Translations under genes and position numbers: made by a program
Assembly (NCBI GenBank): GCA_902587565.1
Contig: CACILT010000005.1
Coordinates: 10,461-74,460 of the forward strand
Length of the DNA stretch: 64,000 nt
Reading direction: 5' to 3'
Origin: an uncultured Alphaproteobacteria bacterium
Lineage (GTDB): Bacteria; Pseudomonadota; Alphaproteobacteria; HIMB59; GCA-002718135
The notes under the pieces: model-generated
Seen by the model: only the letters and a program-made list of their open reading frames with translations
The model's database searches: none
Told to the model about the DNA's origin: nothing
Shown here: piece by piece, positions 38,272 to 47,821 of the stretch
Position numbering within the stretch: position 1 is the first letter of the stretch
How the letters are laid out: every line of letters starts with the position of its first letter

Positions 38272-39200
38272 TACCCTCTATTTCTTTCTAGTCTGATTCT
38301 TGGATCAATAATTCCATAAGTAAAATCTACTATCAAATTTAAAAAAATATACACTGCTGTCATATAAACAACTAGCGCTTGAACTAATGGTATATCTTTT
38401 GCCAAAATAGCTTGAAGCAATAATTGACCAAGTCCTGGTCTTGCAAATACTTCTTCTGTAATTACAGCTCCCGTAATAAGTAACCCAAATTGTATACCAA
38501 GTAATGTTACTGGAGGTATCATTGCATTTCTTAATGAATGTCTTAATACTATTCTATATTTGGATATTCCTTTTGAACGTGCTGTTCTTATATAATCTTG
38601 ATTTAATACATCTACTAAACTTGATCTTGTTAATCTTGCCATTCCTCCAGCAAAAAATAAGCCGACTGTAATAGATGGTAAAATTAAAGAAACAAAGCCC
38701 TCACCTACAATTGGTACCCATCCCAAAGTTGTACCAAATATATAAATCAGCATCATCCCTATCCAAAAACTAGGAAGAGAAATGCCACAAAGAGCAATAA
38801 TCATTGAAAAAGTATCACGCATTGAATTAGGTTTGGTTCCAGCAAATATTCCAAAAAAGACACCAAAAAAAACTCCAAATATTAAACCTCCTATAGAAAG
38901 TTCTATTGTAGGCATCATGTTTTCTTTAATCATTGTTGTTACAGGTTGCCTAGTGAGATATGATTTTCCTAAATCACCCTTAGTTGCATTAATTAAGAAT
39001 GAGGTATATCTCTCAAAAACAGGTTTATCTAAACCTAAATTCTTCCTAACATTTTCTCTTACTTCATCTGATGCGGGTCGTCCGCCAAGCATTAAATTTA
39101 CTGGATCTCCAGGAATAATATTTAGTGTTACAAAAACTACTGTCCAAGCAATGTACAAAGTGGGTATTACAATGAGGAGTTTTTTTATAAAAAAATTCAT
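38271..39200 (-). CDS. ABC transporter permease (DppB/OppB-like)
   Basis: 309 aa. IPGDPV motif and an EAA-like loop (DYIRTARSKGISKYRIV). Confidence 0.9.
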   Translation of the reverse strand: MNFFIKKLLIVIPTLYIAWTVVFVTLNIIPGDPVNLMLGGRPASDEVRENVRKNLGLDKPVFERYTSFLINATKGDLGKSYLTRQPVTTMIKENMMPTIELSIGGLIFGVFFGVFFGIFAGTKPNSMRDTFSMIIALCGISLPSFWIGMMLIYIFGTTLGWVPIVGEGFVSLILPSITVGLFFAGGMARLTRSSLVDVLNQDYIRTARSKGISKYRIVLRHSLRNAMIPPVTLLGIQFGLLITGAVITEEVFARPGLGQLLLQAILAKDIPLVQALVVYMTAVYIFLNLIVDFTYGIIDPRIRLERNRG

Positions 39201-39206
39201 AATTTT

Positions 39207-39230
39207 TTAGCCACCTTTAAAGGTGGCTAA
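39207..39230 (-). promoter_or_regulatory. Intercistronic stem-loop after SBP gene (perfect 24-bp palindrome)
   Basis: ttagccaccttt/aaaggtggctaa: 12-bp arms, in the 44-nt gap between the SBP stop (39245) and the permease start (39200). No U-tract on the transcribed strand. Confidence 0.45.
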
Positions 39231-39244
39231 ATTTAATCAATTAA

Positions 39245-40828
39245 TTATTTTTTTCGTACATCATACATACGCATTTGCCAATTACCATTGGCAAATCTCA
39301 CACCCTCTAAATCAGGATTGTATGCAACTGTTTGTACTTGATCGTGAATTGCAAGAAAAATTGCTTGATCCATTATATGTTTTTGAATTTGCATATATAG
39401 ATCATCTTTAACCTCCTGTGTTTCTGCACTTTCAGCATCTTCAAGAAGTTGATCAAGTTCTGCATTAGCATATCTAGCCCAGTTAAATTTGAATTTACCT
39501 GGTTGTGGAATATTTCTAGAGTGGAAAGGAATAATTAATACTCCTGGATCTAGAGAAACCCATCTAATAACTAGCATATCGTAACCGTTAGCAAAGATTA
39601 ATTCATCTTGTCTTGCTTTCATTACTACTTCAACATTAACATCAAATCCTACCTTGTTTGCATAGCCTTGTATTGCAACACAAGTATCAGGTTCTAGTAA
39701 GCATGGAAAAAATACAGTAAGTTTTTCACCATTTTTTTCTCTAACACCATCAGAGCCCATTTTCCAACCTGCTTCATCTAATAAAGCAGCTGCACCTTCA
39801 GGGTTGTAAGGATAATAATCTTCATTACCACTCCAATAACTTGGTGTTGAGCTACTAATTGGACCAAATGCTGCTTCGGCATATCCAAAAAATAAATCAC
39901 TTGTCATTTTTATTCTATCAAGTGAATGGAAAAATGCTTTTCTAACATTAACATCTTGGAAGACACCAGTAGTTGTGTTCAAGAAAGCTGAGTAAGGTAA
40001 ACCAGATACTGTTCCTGTAACAGTACTTAGATCTCCACTAGAATCAAATCTACGCATATCAAGCGGAGGTACTAATTCTGCGATATCAACTTCACCAGCC
40101 TCTAGAGCAGCAACTCTAGTACTAGTATCTTTAATCAATCTATATGTTAAATTTGCAACTTGAGAAGGACCACTCCCATCCATATATTCAGGAGCCCAGT
40201 TATAATCAGGATTTCTTACTAACTCTACTTTTTTGTTAGCCTCCCAATTTTTAAACATAAATGGTCCAGTACCCACAGGAGCCATTCCAAATCCTTCATT
40301 ACCTAGTTTGTCTAGAGCTGTTGGACTAACAATTGATAACTCTGTTTCTGTAAATGCAGTTATTGCAGATCCATAACGTCTTTCAAAAACTACTTTTGCA
40401 GTAAAATCGTCTATAACAATTGTTTCCTTATAAGGCCCTAAAATATCTACTGCACCTTGTGATCCAGTTTCTGGATCTACAATGCTATCAAATGTTGCTT
40501 TGACAGCTGCAGCATTAAATTTTGTTCCATCATGGAAACTTACATCATCTCTTAAGCTGAATGTATATTCTAACCCATCACTAGAGACATCCCATGATGT
40601 TGCAAGACCAGGATATATATTTCCTTCTGAGTCAGCTGATATTAATTGATCAAACATATTTACAATTAACATTTCTTCATGTCTTGACTGTGTTATTCTT
40701 GGATCTAGTGTTCTCAAATCTGGTCTATCCTCTGCAAAAACAATATCCAATGCGTTCGCAGTATTAATAAAAGAAAGACTTGAGAATATAAAAGTTATAC
40801 CAAGAGCAATTTTTAATAATATTCTCAT
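39245..40828 (-). CDS. ABC transporter substrate-binding protein, family 5
   Basis: Signal peptide MRILLKIALGITFIFSSLSFINTANA. An AAAGGAGA RBS lies upstream. Family-5 features are present (LATSWDVS.DG..YTF.LR.DV.FHDG). Confidence 0.9.
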   Translation of the reverse strand: MRILLKIALGITFIFSSLSFINTANALDIVFAEDRPDLRTLDPRITQSRHEEMLIVNMFDQLISADSEGNIYPGLATSWDVSSDGLEYTFSLRDDVSFHDGTKFNAAAVKATFDSIVDPETGSQGAVDILGPYKETIVIDDFTAKVVFERRYGSAITAFTETELSIVSPTALDKLGNEGFGMAPVGTGPFMFKNWEANKKVELVRNPDYNWAPEYMDGSGPSQVANLTYRLIKDTSTRVAALEAGEVDIAELVPPLDMRRFDSSGDLSTVTGTVSGLPYSAFLNTTTGVFQDVNVRKAFFHSLDRIKMTSDLFFGYAEAAFGPISSSTPSYWSGNEDYYPYNPEGAAALLDEAGWKMGSDGVREKNGEKLTVFFPCLLEPDTCVAIQGYANKVGFDVNVEVVMKARQDELIFANGYDMLVIRWVSLDPGVLIIPFHSRNIPQPGKFKFNWARYANAELDQLLEDAESAETQEVKDDLYMQIQKHIMDQAIFLAIHDQVQTVAYNPDLEGVRFANGNWQMRMYDVRKK

Positions 40829-40971
40829 ATTATCTCCTTTGTTAAGAAAATTAGAAATAGTTTAAATCATTTAGAAATTACAAAAAGTTTAAAATTAGCA
40901 TTTTTGTAATGCTTTTTAGACATCACTCAAAAAACCATATTTTAAAGGATTTTTAAAGAAATTTGTTAGAA

Positions 40972-42210
40972 TTAAATACTATTTTCTAATAGCTTACCGT
41001 CTTTAAAAACTTTTATATTTTTTTTATCGCTTAAAATTTTTATATTTTTTGAAGGGTCACCTTGTATAACAAGGATATCTGCTTTTTGACCCTCTTCAAT
41101 AGTACCCACATTTATTCCTAAAAGTTCACCACCAATTCTAGTTGCAGATATTATTGCTTCCATATTTGTCATACCTCCTTGAACCAAGTATTCTAATTCT
41201 CTGTAGTTCATTTCTCCATGTGGCAGCATAAAACCTGCATCTGTTCCGGTTGCTATTTTAATATTAGATTTAATTGCTTTTTTTAAAGAAACCCATTTTG
41301 CCTCTCTAGATAATTCTAACCACTTCCAATTTTTAGAAGATTTAAATTTTTCGTTTTCTTTAAAATCAAAATTTCTTTCATTGACTAAAAGTGTAGGAAC
41401 ATAAAAAGTATTATTTTTTTTCATCAAATCAACAGTTTTATTATCAAGCCAATGCCCATGTTCAACTGAATGCAATCCACATTCAACTGCTTTTGTGATA
41501 GCAGAACCACCAGAGGTATGAGATGCTACTTTAATATTTAACATTTTTGTAATTCTTGCGACTGCTTCAATTTCTTCGTTACTCATCTCTTGTTTATAAG
41601 GTTTTTTTAGATCATAAGTTGAACTTACACATAAATTTGTTTTAATAAAATCAGCACCTGCTTTTAATTGAGTTCTAACACCTTTAATAAATTCATCTGG
41701 TCCATCACATGGATAAGTCATATCTTTAAAATTTACATGACTCCCCCATCCTGGTTGATCCATATGGCCACCGGTTACTGACAATCCTAGTCCGCAGGCT
41801 AAAATGTTAGGTCCTTTTAATTTATTATTTTTAATCATGTTTCTAATATTAATTGCAACATTTCCTGGAGCATTCATATCTCTAATACTTGTGAATCCAT
41901 AATTTAGATGATCTAATGCAAATGAATAACCTCTTAAAGCTTGAGCTCCATAATCAAGATCAGCAGACTCTGCTCTAAATGATCTATTATTTGTTATTCC
42001 TGAGAATGCCAAATGAACATGGACATCAACCATGCCAGGCATAACCACTTCTTTGTTAAAATTATAAACCTTGTCACCTTTTTTATCTTTAAAATTTTTT
42101 AAATCTAAAACTTTTGTAATTTTTCCATTTTCAATTATGATACATTTGTTTTCTAAAATTTTTTTACTTACACCATTTATTAGTTTTTTGGTTTTAATTA
42201 TTTTTCTCAT
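40972..42210 (-). CDS. Amidohydrolase-superfamily metal-dependent hydrolase (COG1228-like)
   Basis: MPGMVDVHVHL (HxH), internal His residues and a GTDAG motif. Paralog of 52781..54016. Confidence 0.85.
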   Translation of the reverse strand: MRKIIKTKKLINGVSKKILENKCIIIENGKITKVLDLKNFKDKKGDKVYNFNKEVVMPGMVDVHVHLAFSGITNNRSFRAESADLDYGAQALRGYSFALDHLNYGFTSIRDMNAPGNVAINIRNMIKNNKLKGPNILACGLGLSVTGGHMDQPGWGSHVNFKDMTYPCDGPDEFIKGVRTQLKAGADFIKTNLCVSSTYDLKKPYKQEMSNEEIEAVARITKMLNIKVASHTSGGSAITKAVECGLHSVEHGHWLDNKTVDLMKKNNTFYVPTLLVNERNFDFKENEKFKSSKNWKWLELSREAKWVSLKKAIKSNIKIATGTDAGFMLPHGEMNYRELEYLVQGGMTNMEAIISATRIGGELLGINVGTIEEGQKADILVIQGDPSKNIKILSDKKNIKVFKDGKLLENSI

Positions 42211-42217
42211 ATCTATA

Positions 42218-42964
42218 TTAATTCAATTTATATTTATGCTTAATTTTTTTTGTTAATTGCCAAGCATCAATATATTTATTATTTATAACACTTTTTGTTT
42301 GTACTCCTAAATGAAGAAACGCTGGTGAAATTAAATATGGATCTTTCCATATTTTTCTCTTTTCATCTGAATAAGTTTTTTTACTCATAGAAGTTTTAAT
42401 AGGAGTTCCAGGAGTTATTGTATTTACAAATACATTATATTTTTTGCATTCTTCATATAGAGACCTACTTAATCCTTCAATCCCAAATTTTGAGGCACAG
42501 TATGCAGTTTCATCTAATCCACCAAACTTAGCAGCTCTGCTAGATACATTTATAATGGAACCTTTTTTATTTTTTTTCATAGAAGGGGCAATAAGTTTAC
42601 AGCTTATAAAAGTACCAGTTAAATTTACATCGATAATTTTTTTCCAAAAATCAATTGTACTTTTTTCAATACTTTTAAAATCAATAATACCTGCACAATT
42701 AATAAGGACATCAATTCTTTTAGATTTTTTTAATATTTTTTTTACAATCAAACTCATCTTTTTGTAGTTCTGAACATTACAATTATGAAACTCAAAATTT
42801 TTAAATTGTAAATTTAAACTTTTATTATTTTTATTATCAATACCATATACAATCGAACCTCTCTCTAAATATGCTTTGGATACTGCATGTCCAATCCCAC
42901 TGGAAGTACCTGTAATAAAAACTTTTAAATTTTTAAAAGTACTATGTTGCAGCTCTACCACCAT
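42218..42964 (-). CDS. Short-chain dehydrogenase/reductase (SDR)
   Basis: TGTSSGIGHA cofactor motif, NCAG, and catalytic YCASK (YxxxK). Confidence 0.85.
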   Translation of the reverse strand: MVVELQHSTFKNLKVFITGTSSGIGHAVSKAYLERGSIVYGIDNKNNKSLNLQFKNFEFHNCNVQNYKKMSLIVKKILKKSKRIDVLINCAGIIDFKSIEKSTIDFWKKIIDVNLTGTFISCKLIAPSMKKNKKGSIINVSSRAAKFGGLDETAYCASKFGIEGLSRSLYEECKKYNVFVNTITPGTPIKTSMSKKTYSDEKRKIWKDPYLISPAFLHLGVQTKSVINNKYIDAWQLTKKIKHKYKLN

Positions 42965-43706
42965 CCACTAAAAGACCTACGCCTGTTATAAAAGATGACA
43001 TATCAGATGAAAGAAAAAGAACAGTTTGGGCTAATTCATATGGACTCGCAACTCTTCCTAAAGGTGTAATCGTTTTCCATTTACTAATAAGCTCTTTTTT
43101 ATTTTTTGTTTTTTTTAAATTTCTTTCATTCATAGGAGTATCTATTACTCCGGGACAAACAGCATTTACTCTTATATTATTTTTTGCATACTCAATAGCC
43201 AAGACTCTTGTGAGTGACATCACTCCTCCTTTTGAAGCTGCATAACTAAGATTGCCACCTACATTTGCAAAAGCACTTATTGAACTATTATTCACAATTG
43301 AACCTTTTTTATTTTTTAACAAAATAGGTAAGGCATGCTTACAAGATAAAAATATTCCCTTAAGATTTATATCAATAATTTTTTCAAATATTTTTATATT
43401 TAATTTATGTGATGGAGTAACTGCTTGTTCTATACCAGCATTATTAAAAACAGTATCTAAAGTTTTAAAATTTTTAGTTACATATTTGTATAAATTAATA
43501 ATATCTTTTTCCTTTGATACATCAGCTTTTACAAAATAAGTTTTCAAACCTTTTTTATGAAGCTCCTTTTGAGTTTTTTCACCCTCATTTTTGTTTACAT
43601 CACAAAAAATAACTGTTGCACCCTGTAATGCAAATGTTTCTACTGTAGCTTTTCCAATACCAGTTGCTCCACCAGTTATTACTGATATTTTATCTTTTAA
43701 AATCAT
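42942..43706 (-). CDS. Short-chain dehydrogenase/reductase (FabG-like)
   Basis: TGGATGIGKA, NNAG, YAASKGG and PGVIDTPM motifs. Confidence 0.88.
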   Translation of the reverse strand: MILKDKISVITGGATGIGKATVETFALQGATVIFCDVNKNEGEKTQKELHKKGLKTYFVKADVSKEKDIINLYKYVTKNFKTLDTVFNNAGIEQAVTPSHKLNIKIFEKIIDINLKGIFLSCKHALPILLKNKKGSIVNNSSISAFANVGGNLSYAASKGGVMSLTRVLAIEYAKNNIRVNAVCPGVIDTPMNERNLKKTKNKKELISKWKTITPLGRVASPYELAQTVLFLSSDMSSFITGVGLLVDGGRAAT

Positions 43707-43845
43707 ATTTGTAAGTTAATTAAAATTCAAAAATAAATAAATAAACAAATTGTATAGTTGTTGTTGACATTTTGTATACACTTTAAATGAATTACCATTA
43801 TGTAATACTTTAAAAAAGCTAAAAAATAGTATTTACTAAAATAAT

Positions 43846-44946
43846 ATGTACGACCTAAAAAAACATTTTCTAGCTGATAAAAAAATTATTTTATCAAAAA
43901 TTGAAAATGTCCTTAGCAAAGGTGTTTTGGAAATGGGTGAGGAGGTAGAGAAATTTGAAGAGAATTTTAAAAAATATTGTAATGTTAAATATTGTGTAAC
44001 TGTATCTTCTGGATCTATGGGGTTACTTTTAGCCCTTAAAACTTTAGACTTAAAAAAAAATGATGAAGTTATAACTGTATCTAATTCTGACATTCCAACA
44101 AGTCACGCAATTACTCTTGTTGGAGCAAAAATTAAATGGGTTGATATTAATGAAGATTCTTTAAATATTGATGAGAACAAAATCGAAAAAAATATAACAA
44201 AGAATACCAGGGCAATCTTACCTGTGCATTTATTTGGAAATCCATGTAATATTTCGAAAATATCATCTATTGCAAAAAAACATAAATTAAAAATTATTGA
44301 AGATGCGTGCTTGGCAACTGGTGCAGAGTACAAAAATAAAAAAATTGGTTCATTAAGTGATTTAACAGTTTTTAGTACTAATCCAGGTAAAATATTAGAT
44401 GGTATAGGCCCAGGTGGTATTATTACAACTAACAGTAAAAATTTGTATCTTCAGTTACTTCAGCTTCGTGATTATGGAAGAAAAGAGAGGCCTAAAAAAT
44501 GGCCAGTAAAATCTTATACAATAGGTTATAATTCAAAATTAAGTACAATAAGTGCCGCAATTCTTAATATTAGATTAGAAAAACTTGATGAATATATACA
44601 AATTAGAAATTATAACGCAGAACTGTACAAAGAAATTTTATTCTCTAAAAAAATAAAATTTCAAAAAACTCTTAAAGATGCAAAATCCTCCTGGAGAAAT
44701 TTTCCAATAAGAATAAAAAATAGAAATAAAATATATGATAAATTAAATTCTATAAATTCATTAGTAAAACTCAATTATTTACCGCCTAATCATCAAGATG
44801 AATGTTATAAAAATTTTAAACATAATTTTGATTTAAAAATTACAGAAAAAGTTAATTCTGAGATTCTAAATCTTCCATGTCATCAATATATGACAAAAAA
44901 TGAAATTGAAACTTTATCAAATCATCTACTAAATCTAATTAATTAG
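43846..44946 (+). CDS. DegT/DnrJ/EryC1/StrS-family PLP-dependent aminotransferase
   Basis: FE..F..Y...YCV.VSSGS..L, ILPVHLFGNP, and a PLP-Lys region FSTNPGKIL. 366 aa. Confidence 0.8.
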   Translation: MYDLKKHFLADKKIILSKIENVLSKGVLEMGEEVEKFEENFKKYCNVKYCVTVSSGSMGLLLALKTLDLKKNDEVITVSNSDIPTSHAITLVGAKIKWVDINEDSLNIDENKIEKNITKNTRAILPVHLFGNPCNISKISSIAKKHKLKIIEDACLATGAEYKNKKIGSLSDLTVFSTNPGKILDGIGPGGIITTNSKNLYLQLLQLRDYGRKERPKKWPVKSYTIGYNSKLSTISAAILNIRLEKLDEYIQIRNYNAELYKEILFSKKIKFQKTLKDAKSSWRNFPIRIKNRNKIYDKLNSINSLVKLNYLPPNHQDECYKNFKHNFDLKITEKVNSEILNLPCHQYMTKNEIETLSNHLLNLIN

Positions 44947-45938
44947 TATTTTAATTTAATAACTTTATTTATATTTATCGACTTATAAATTGCATCAACA
45001 ACTAAGACAGAATTTATTCCATCTTGTATTTTGATAAAAGGTTGGGTTTTTTTCTTTAGTGCATCAACATATGATTTTGCTTGAGTATAAAAATTATAGT
45101 TTAGACCATTCTTATTATAATATTTTGAATAATCATATGTTGTTATTTTATTTTTTGATCTTAGCTCTAATCCTTTTCTAATATTAATATCTATTTGTCC
45201 AGACGTGCCAAATATTTTTGTTTCCCATTTTGGAGTAGTCACATATGGCACAAAAGTTGCTATTAACTGAGCAGTTATTCCATTTTTAAACTTCATTGAA
45301 ATTGAAATTATATCTTCAACATCTATTTTGTTGTTTATATTTATTTTTTTTGCATAAACCTCATGAATTTTAGATTTAGCTAAGTATGAAATCTTATCTA
45401 AACTATGAATCGCATTGTATAGTAAAACACCTCCACCAGAATATTTCTTAACATCTATCCATTTTGGTAAAGATTTGTTTTTTTGAGAAATCATTGTTTC
45501 AGAAATAAATTTTATTTTCCCGATTTTTGAATTCTGTATCAGTTTGTAAGCAGTAAATACTTCTTTTCTGTATCGATGAACAAAACTAATTGTATGGGTA
45601 ATATTTTTTTTTAATATATATTTTTTTATAGAACTTAGCTCATTACTATTCAAAACTAATGGTTTTTCTATCAAAAGATTTATTTTATTTTTACAACACT
45701 CTAATATTGGTTCTATTCTCAAAAAATGTGGTAGTGCGATAACTATAAAATCAGGTTTTAACATTATAAGTTCATTAATATTATTGAAATGCTCTATATT
45801 GTTTAATTTTTTAAATTTATTAGCTTTTTTCAAATCATATTCTGTAAATCCAATTAATTTTAAATTTCTAATTTTTTTAAAAGCCTCAAAATGTCTTAAA
45901 CCTGCTTGACCAATTCCTAGTAAACCATATCTCATCAA
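44943..45938 (-). CDS. Gfo/Idh/MocA-family oxidoreductase
   Basis: N-terminal Rossmann motif YGLLGIGQAG and the EKPL motif (LIEKPLVL). Confidence 0.8.
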   Translation of the reverse strand: MMRYGLLGIGQAGLRHFEAFKKIRNLKLIGFTEYDLKKANKFKKLNNIEHFNNINELIMLKPDFIVIALPHFLRIEPILECCKNKINLLIEKPLVLNSNELSSIKKYILKKNITHTISFVHRYRKEVFTAYKLIQNSKIGKIKFISETMISQKNKSLPKWIDVKKYSGGGVLLYNAIHSLDKISYLAKSKIHEVYAKKININNKIDVEDIISISMKFKNGITAQLIATFVPYVTTPKWETKIFGTSGQIDINIRKGLELRSKNKITTYDYSKYYNKNGLNYNFYTQAKSYVDALKKKTQPFIKIQDGINSVLVVDAIYKSININKVIKLKY

Positions 45939-46834
45939 TAATTTGAAATAAGTTTATCAACTTTTTTAGTTTTTAGTAAGCTATTCTTATTAATTGCTTC
46001 TCTATAAGCTATAAAGAGAATTGATGAGAATATTATAGAAGCTCCTATCCATGTCCAAATATCAGGCACTTCCATAAAAAAGAAATATCCAATTAAAGAC
46101 AGCCAAATTAGTTTTGTAAATTGTATTGGCATTATAAATGTTGTTTCAGCCATTTTTAAACATTGAGCAAAACTGAACTGTGTTATAAATCCCGCAATAG
46201 CAACAAATATAAATAATAAAAATTGATTTATATTAATGCTTTCCCAAAAGAACAACGCAATAAAAAATGTCGGAGGAACCATGAAAGCCATTTGGTAAAA
46301 AGCAGTCGTTAAACTTGAATCCTTTTCAGTAAGTTTTTTTACAATTATTATTACTATTGAAAAAGTTATTGCTGCTGATAAAAGCCATAAAGCTCCACTC
46401 TCAAAAGGTATATACCCAGGCCTTATAACAACCAAAATTCCTATAAAGCCAACAATTAGTGCAGTAATTCTTTGAATTCTAATTACTTCACCTAAAAAAA
46501 TAATTGCGAGGATGGTAGTAAATAGTGGAGTAGTAAAACCTATAGCTGCTGCTTTTTCTAGTTGTAATGTTCCTATAGCTGTAAACCAGCTTATCATTGA
46601 ATAAACATTAATCGCAGATCTCACAAACTGTAGTTTTATGTTATGAGTTTTCCAAGCTTCTGGGTAATTATAAATCATAAAAGGTAACATAATAATAACC
46701 CCAAACAGACATCTGTAAAATGCAATTATGAAAGGGTTTAAATCTTGTGAAAGTAGTTTTATTCCTGAAACCATAATTGCTGCTGTACCAGTACCTAATA
46801 AAGATAACAAAATTACAAATAGTTTTTTATTCAT
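45935..46834 (-). CDS. EamA/DMT-family transporter
   Basis: 299 aa, 10 TM, with two EamA repeats. Its stop overlaps the downstream gene's start by 4 nt. Confidence 0.85.
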   Translation of the reverse strand: MNKKLFVILLSLLGTGTAAIMVSGIKLLSQDLNPFIIAFYRCLFGVIIMLPFMIYNYPEAWKTHNIKLQFVRSAINVYSMISWFTAIGTLQLEKAAAIGFTTPLFTTILAIIFLGEVIRIQRITALIVGFIGILVVIRPGYIPFESGALWLLSAAITFSIVIIIVKKLTEKDSSLTTAFYQMAFMVPPTFFIALFFWESININQFLLFIFVAIAGFITQFSFAQCLKMAETTFIMPIQFTKLIWLSLIGYFFFMEVPDIWTWIGASIIFSSILFIAYREAINKNSLLKTKKVDKLISNY

Positions 46835-46855
46835 ATTCTTAAAAATGTAATTTAA

Positions 46856-47019
46856 CTAATTACAATTTGCACAACACTGGTCGACCCAATGTCCTGGCTC
46901 TACTTCAATCAAACCCATTTCAATATTACCTCCTTTACAATCTATACCAGGGTTTGGACATCGTGTTCGAAAAACACAACCTGAAGGAGGATTAATAGGA
47001 CTGGGAATATCACCTTTAA
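46856..47019. repeat. 164-bp direct repeat, copy 2 (3' end of ATPase gene)
   Basis: See copy 1. The offset between copies is 11280 bp. A third, diverged copy lies at about 47818-47990. Confidence 0.9.
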
Positions 47020-47821
47020 GTAGAGTTTTCTTTTTATTTTTTCTAAATATTTGTGGAGCAGTTTCAATAAGAGATCTAGTATAAGGATGTTGAGGATTTG
47101 AGAATAAATTACTTGTATTTGCAACTTCTACTATATGACCTAAATACATCACCATAACTCTATCAGCTATTTGATTTATTACTGAAAGATCATGAGAAAT
47201 AAATAGAATTGTTAAAGAATACTTTTTTTTAAGTTCTAAAATTAAATTTAGAATTTGGGCTTGAATGGTTACATCTAAAGCTGACACTGGTTCATCAGCT
47301 ATTATGAATTTTGGATTAAGAACTAACGCTCTAGCTATACCAATGCGCTGTCTCTGTCCCCCCGAAAATTCATGAGGATACCTATTTAAATGTTCTTTTT
47401 GCAAACCAACATCTTGAATTATTTCTTCTACCTTTTGATTAATAGAATTTTTATCCATTTTTTCATGAACTTTGAGACCTTGAGATATAATGTCATAAAT
47501 TTTTTTTCTAGGATCTAAGCTAGCATATGGATCTTGAAAAATTATTTGAAAATCTTTTCGTAATTTTCTCATTTCACTATCTGATAATTTTGTAATATTC
47601 TTATTTTTATAAAAAATATTTCCCTGAGTAGGCTCAATTAATCTAATGATTGCTCTTCCGAGAGTGCTTTTGCCGGATCCAGATTCTCCGACAAGACCAA
47701 GAATTTCTCCTTCTGGAATTTCAAAGCTAACGTTTTCAACTGCTTTTACATCTCCCGATTTATTGTTAAAAAATCCATCTTTTATTGGGAAATATTTTTT
47801 TATATTTTCTACTCTAATCAC
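46856..47821 (-). CDS. ABC ATPase, DppF/OppF type, with Cys-rich C-terminal tail
   Basis: Walker [10 protein letters not shown], signature FSGGQRQR, Walker B IIADEP. The C-terminal 54 aa are identical, apart from one residue, to those of 35576..37414. Confidence 0.9.
   Translation of the reverse strand: MIRVENIKKYFPIKDGFFNNKSGDVKAVENVSFEIPEGEILGLVGESGSGKSTLGRAIIRLIEPTQGNIFYKNKNITKLSDSEMRKLRKDFQIIFQDPYASLDPRKKIYDIISQGLKVHEKMDKNSINQKVEEIIQDVGLQKEHLNRYPHEFSGGQRQRIGIARALVLNPKFIIADEPVSALDVTIQAQILNLILELKKKYSLTILFISHDLSVINQIADRVMVMYLGHIVEVANTSNLFSNPQHPYTRSLIETAPQIFRKNKKKTLLKGDIPSPINPPSGCVFRTRCPNPGIDCKGGNIEMGLIEVEPGHWVDQCCANCN

Noticed and set aside
40878-40914. The inverted repeat TTACAAAAA-N14-TTTTTGTAA, overlapping a weak hairpin (agcatt/aatgct), between the amidohydrolase and SBP genes, as a terminator or operator.
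   Set aside because: The stems are A/T-only and very weak, and the U-tract is ambiguous. They could equally be chance symmetry in low-complexity DNA.
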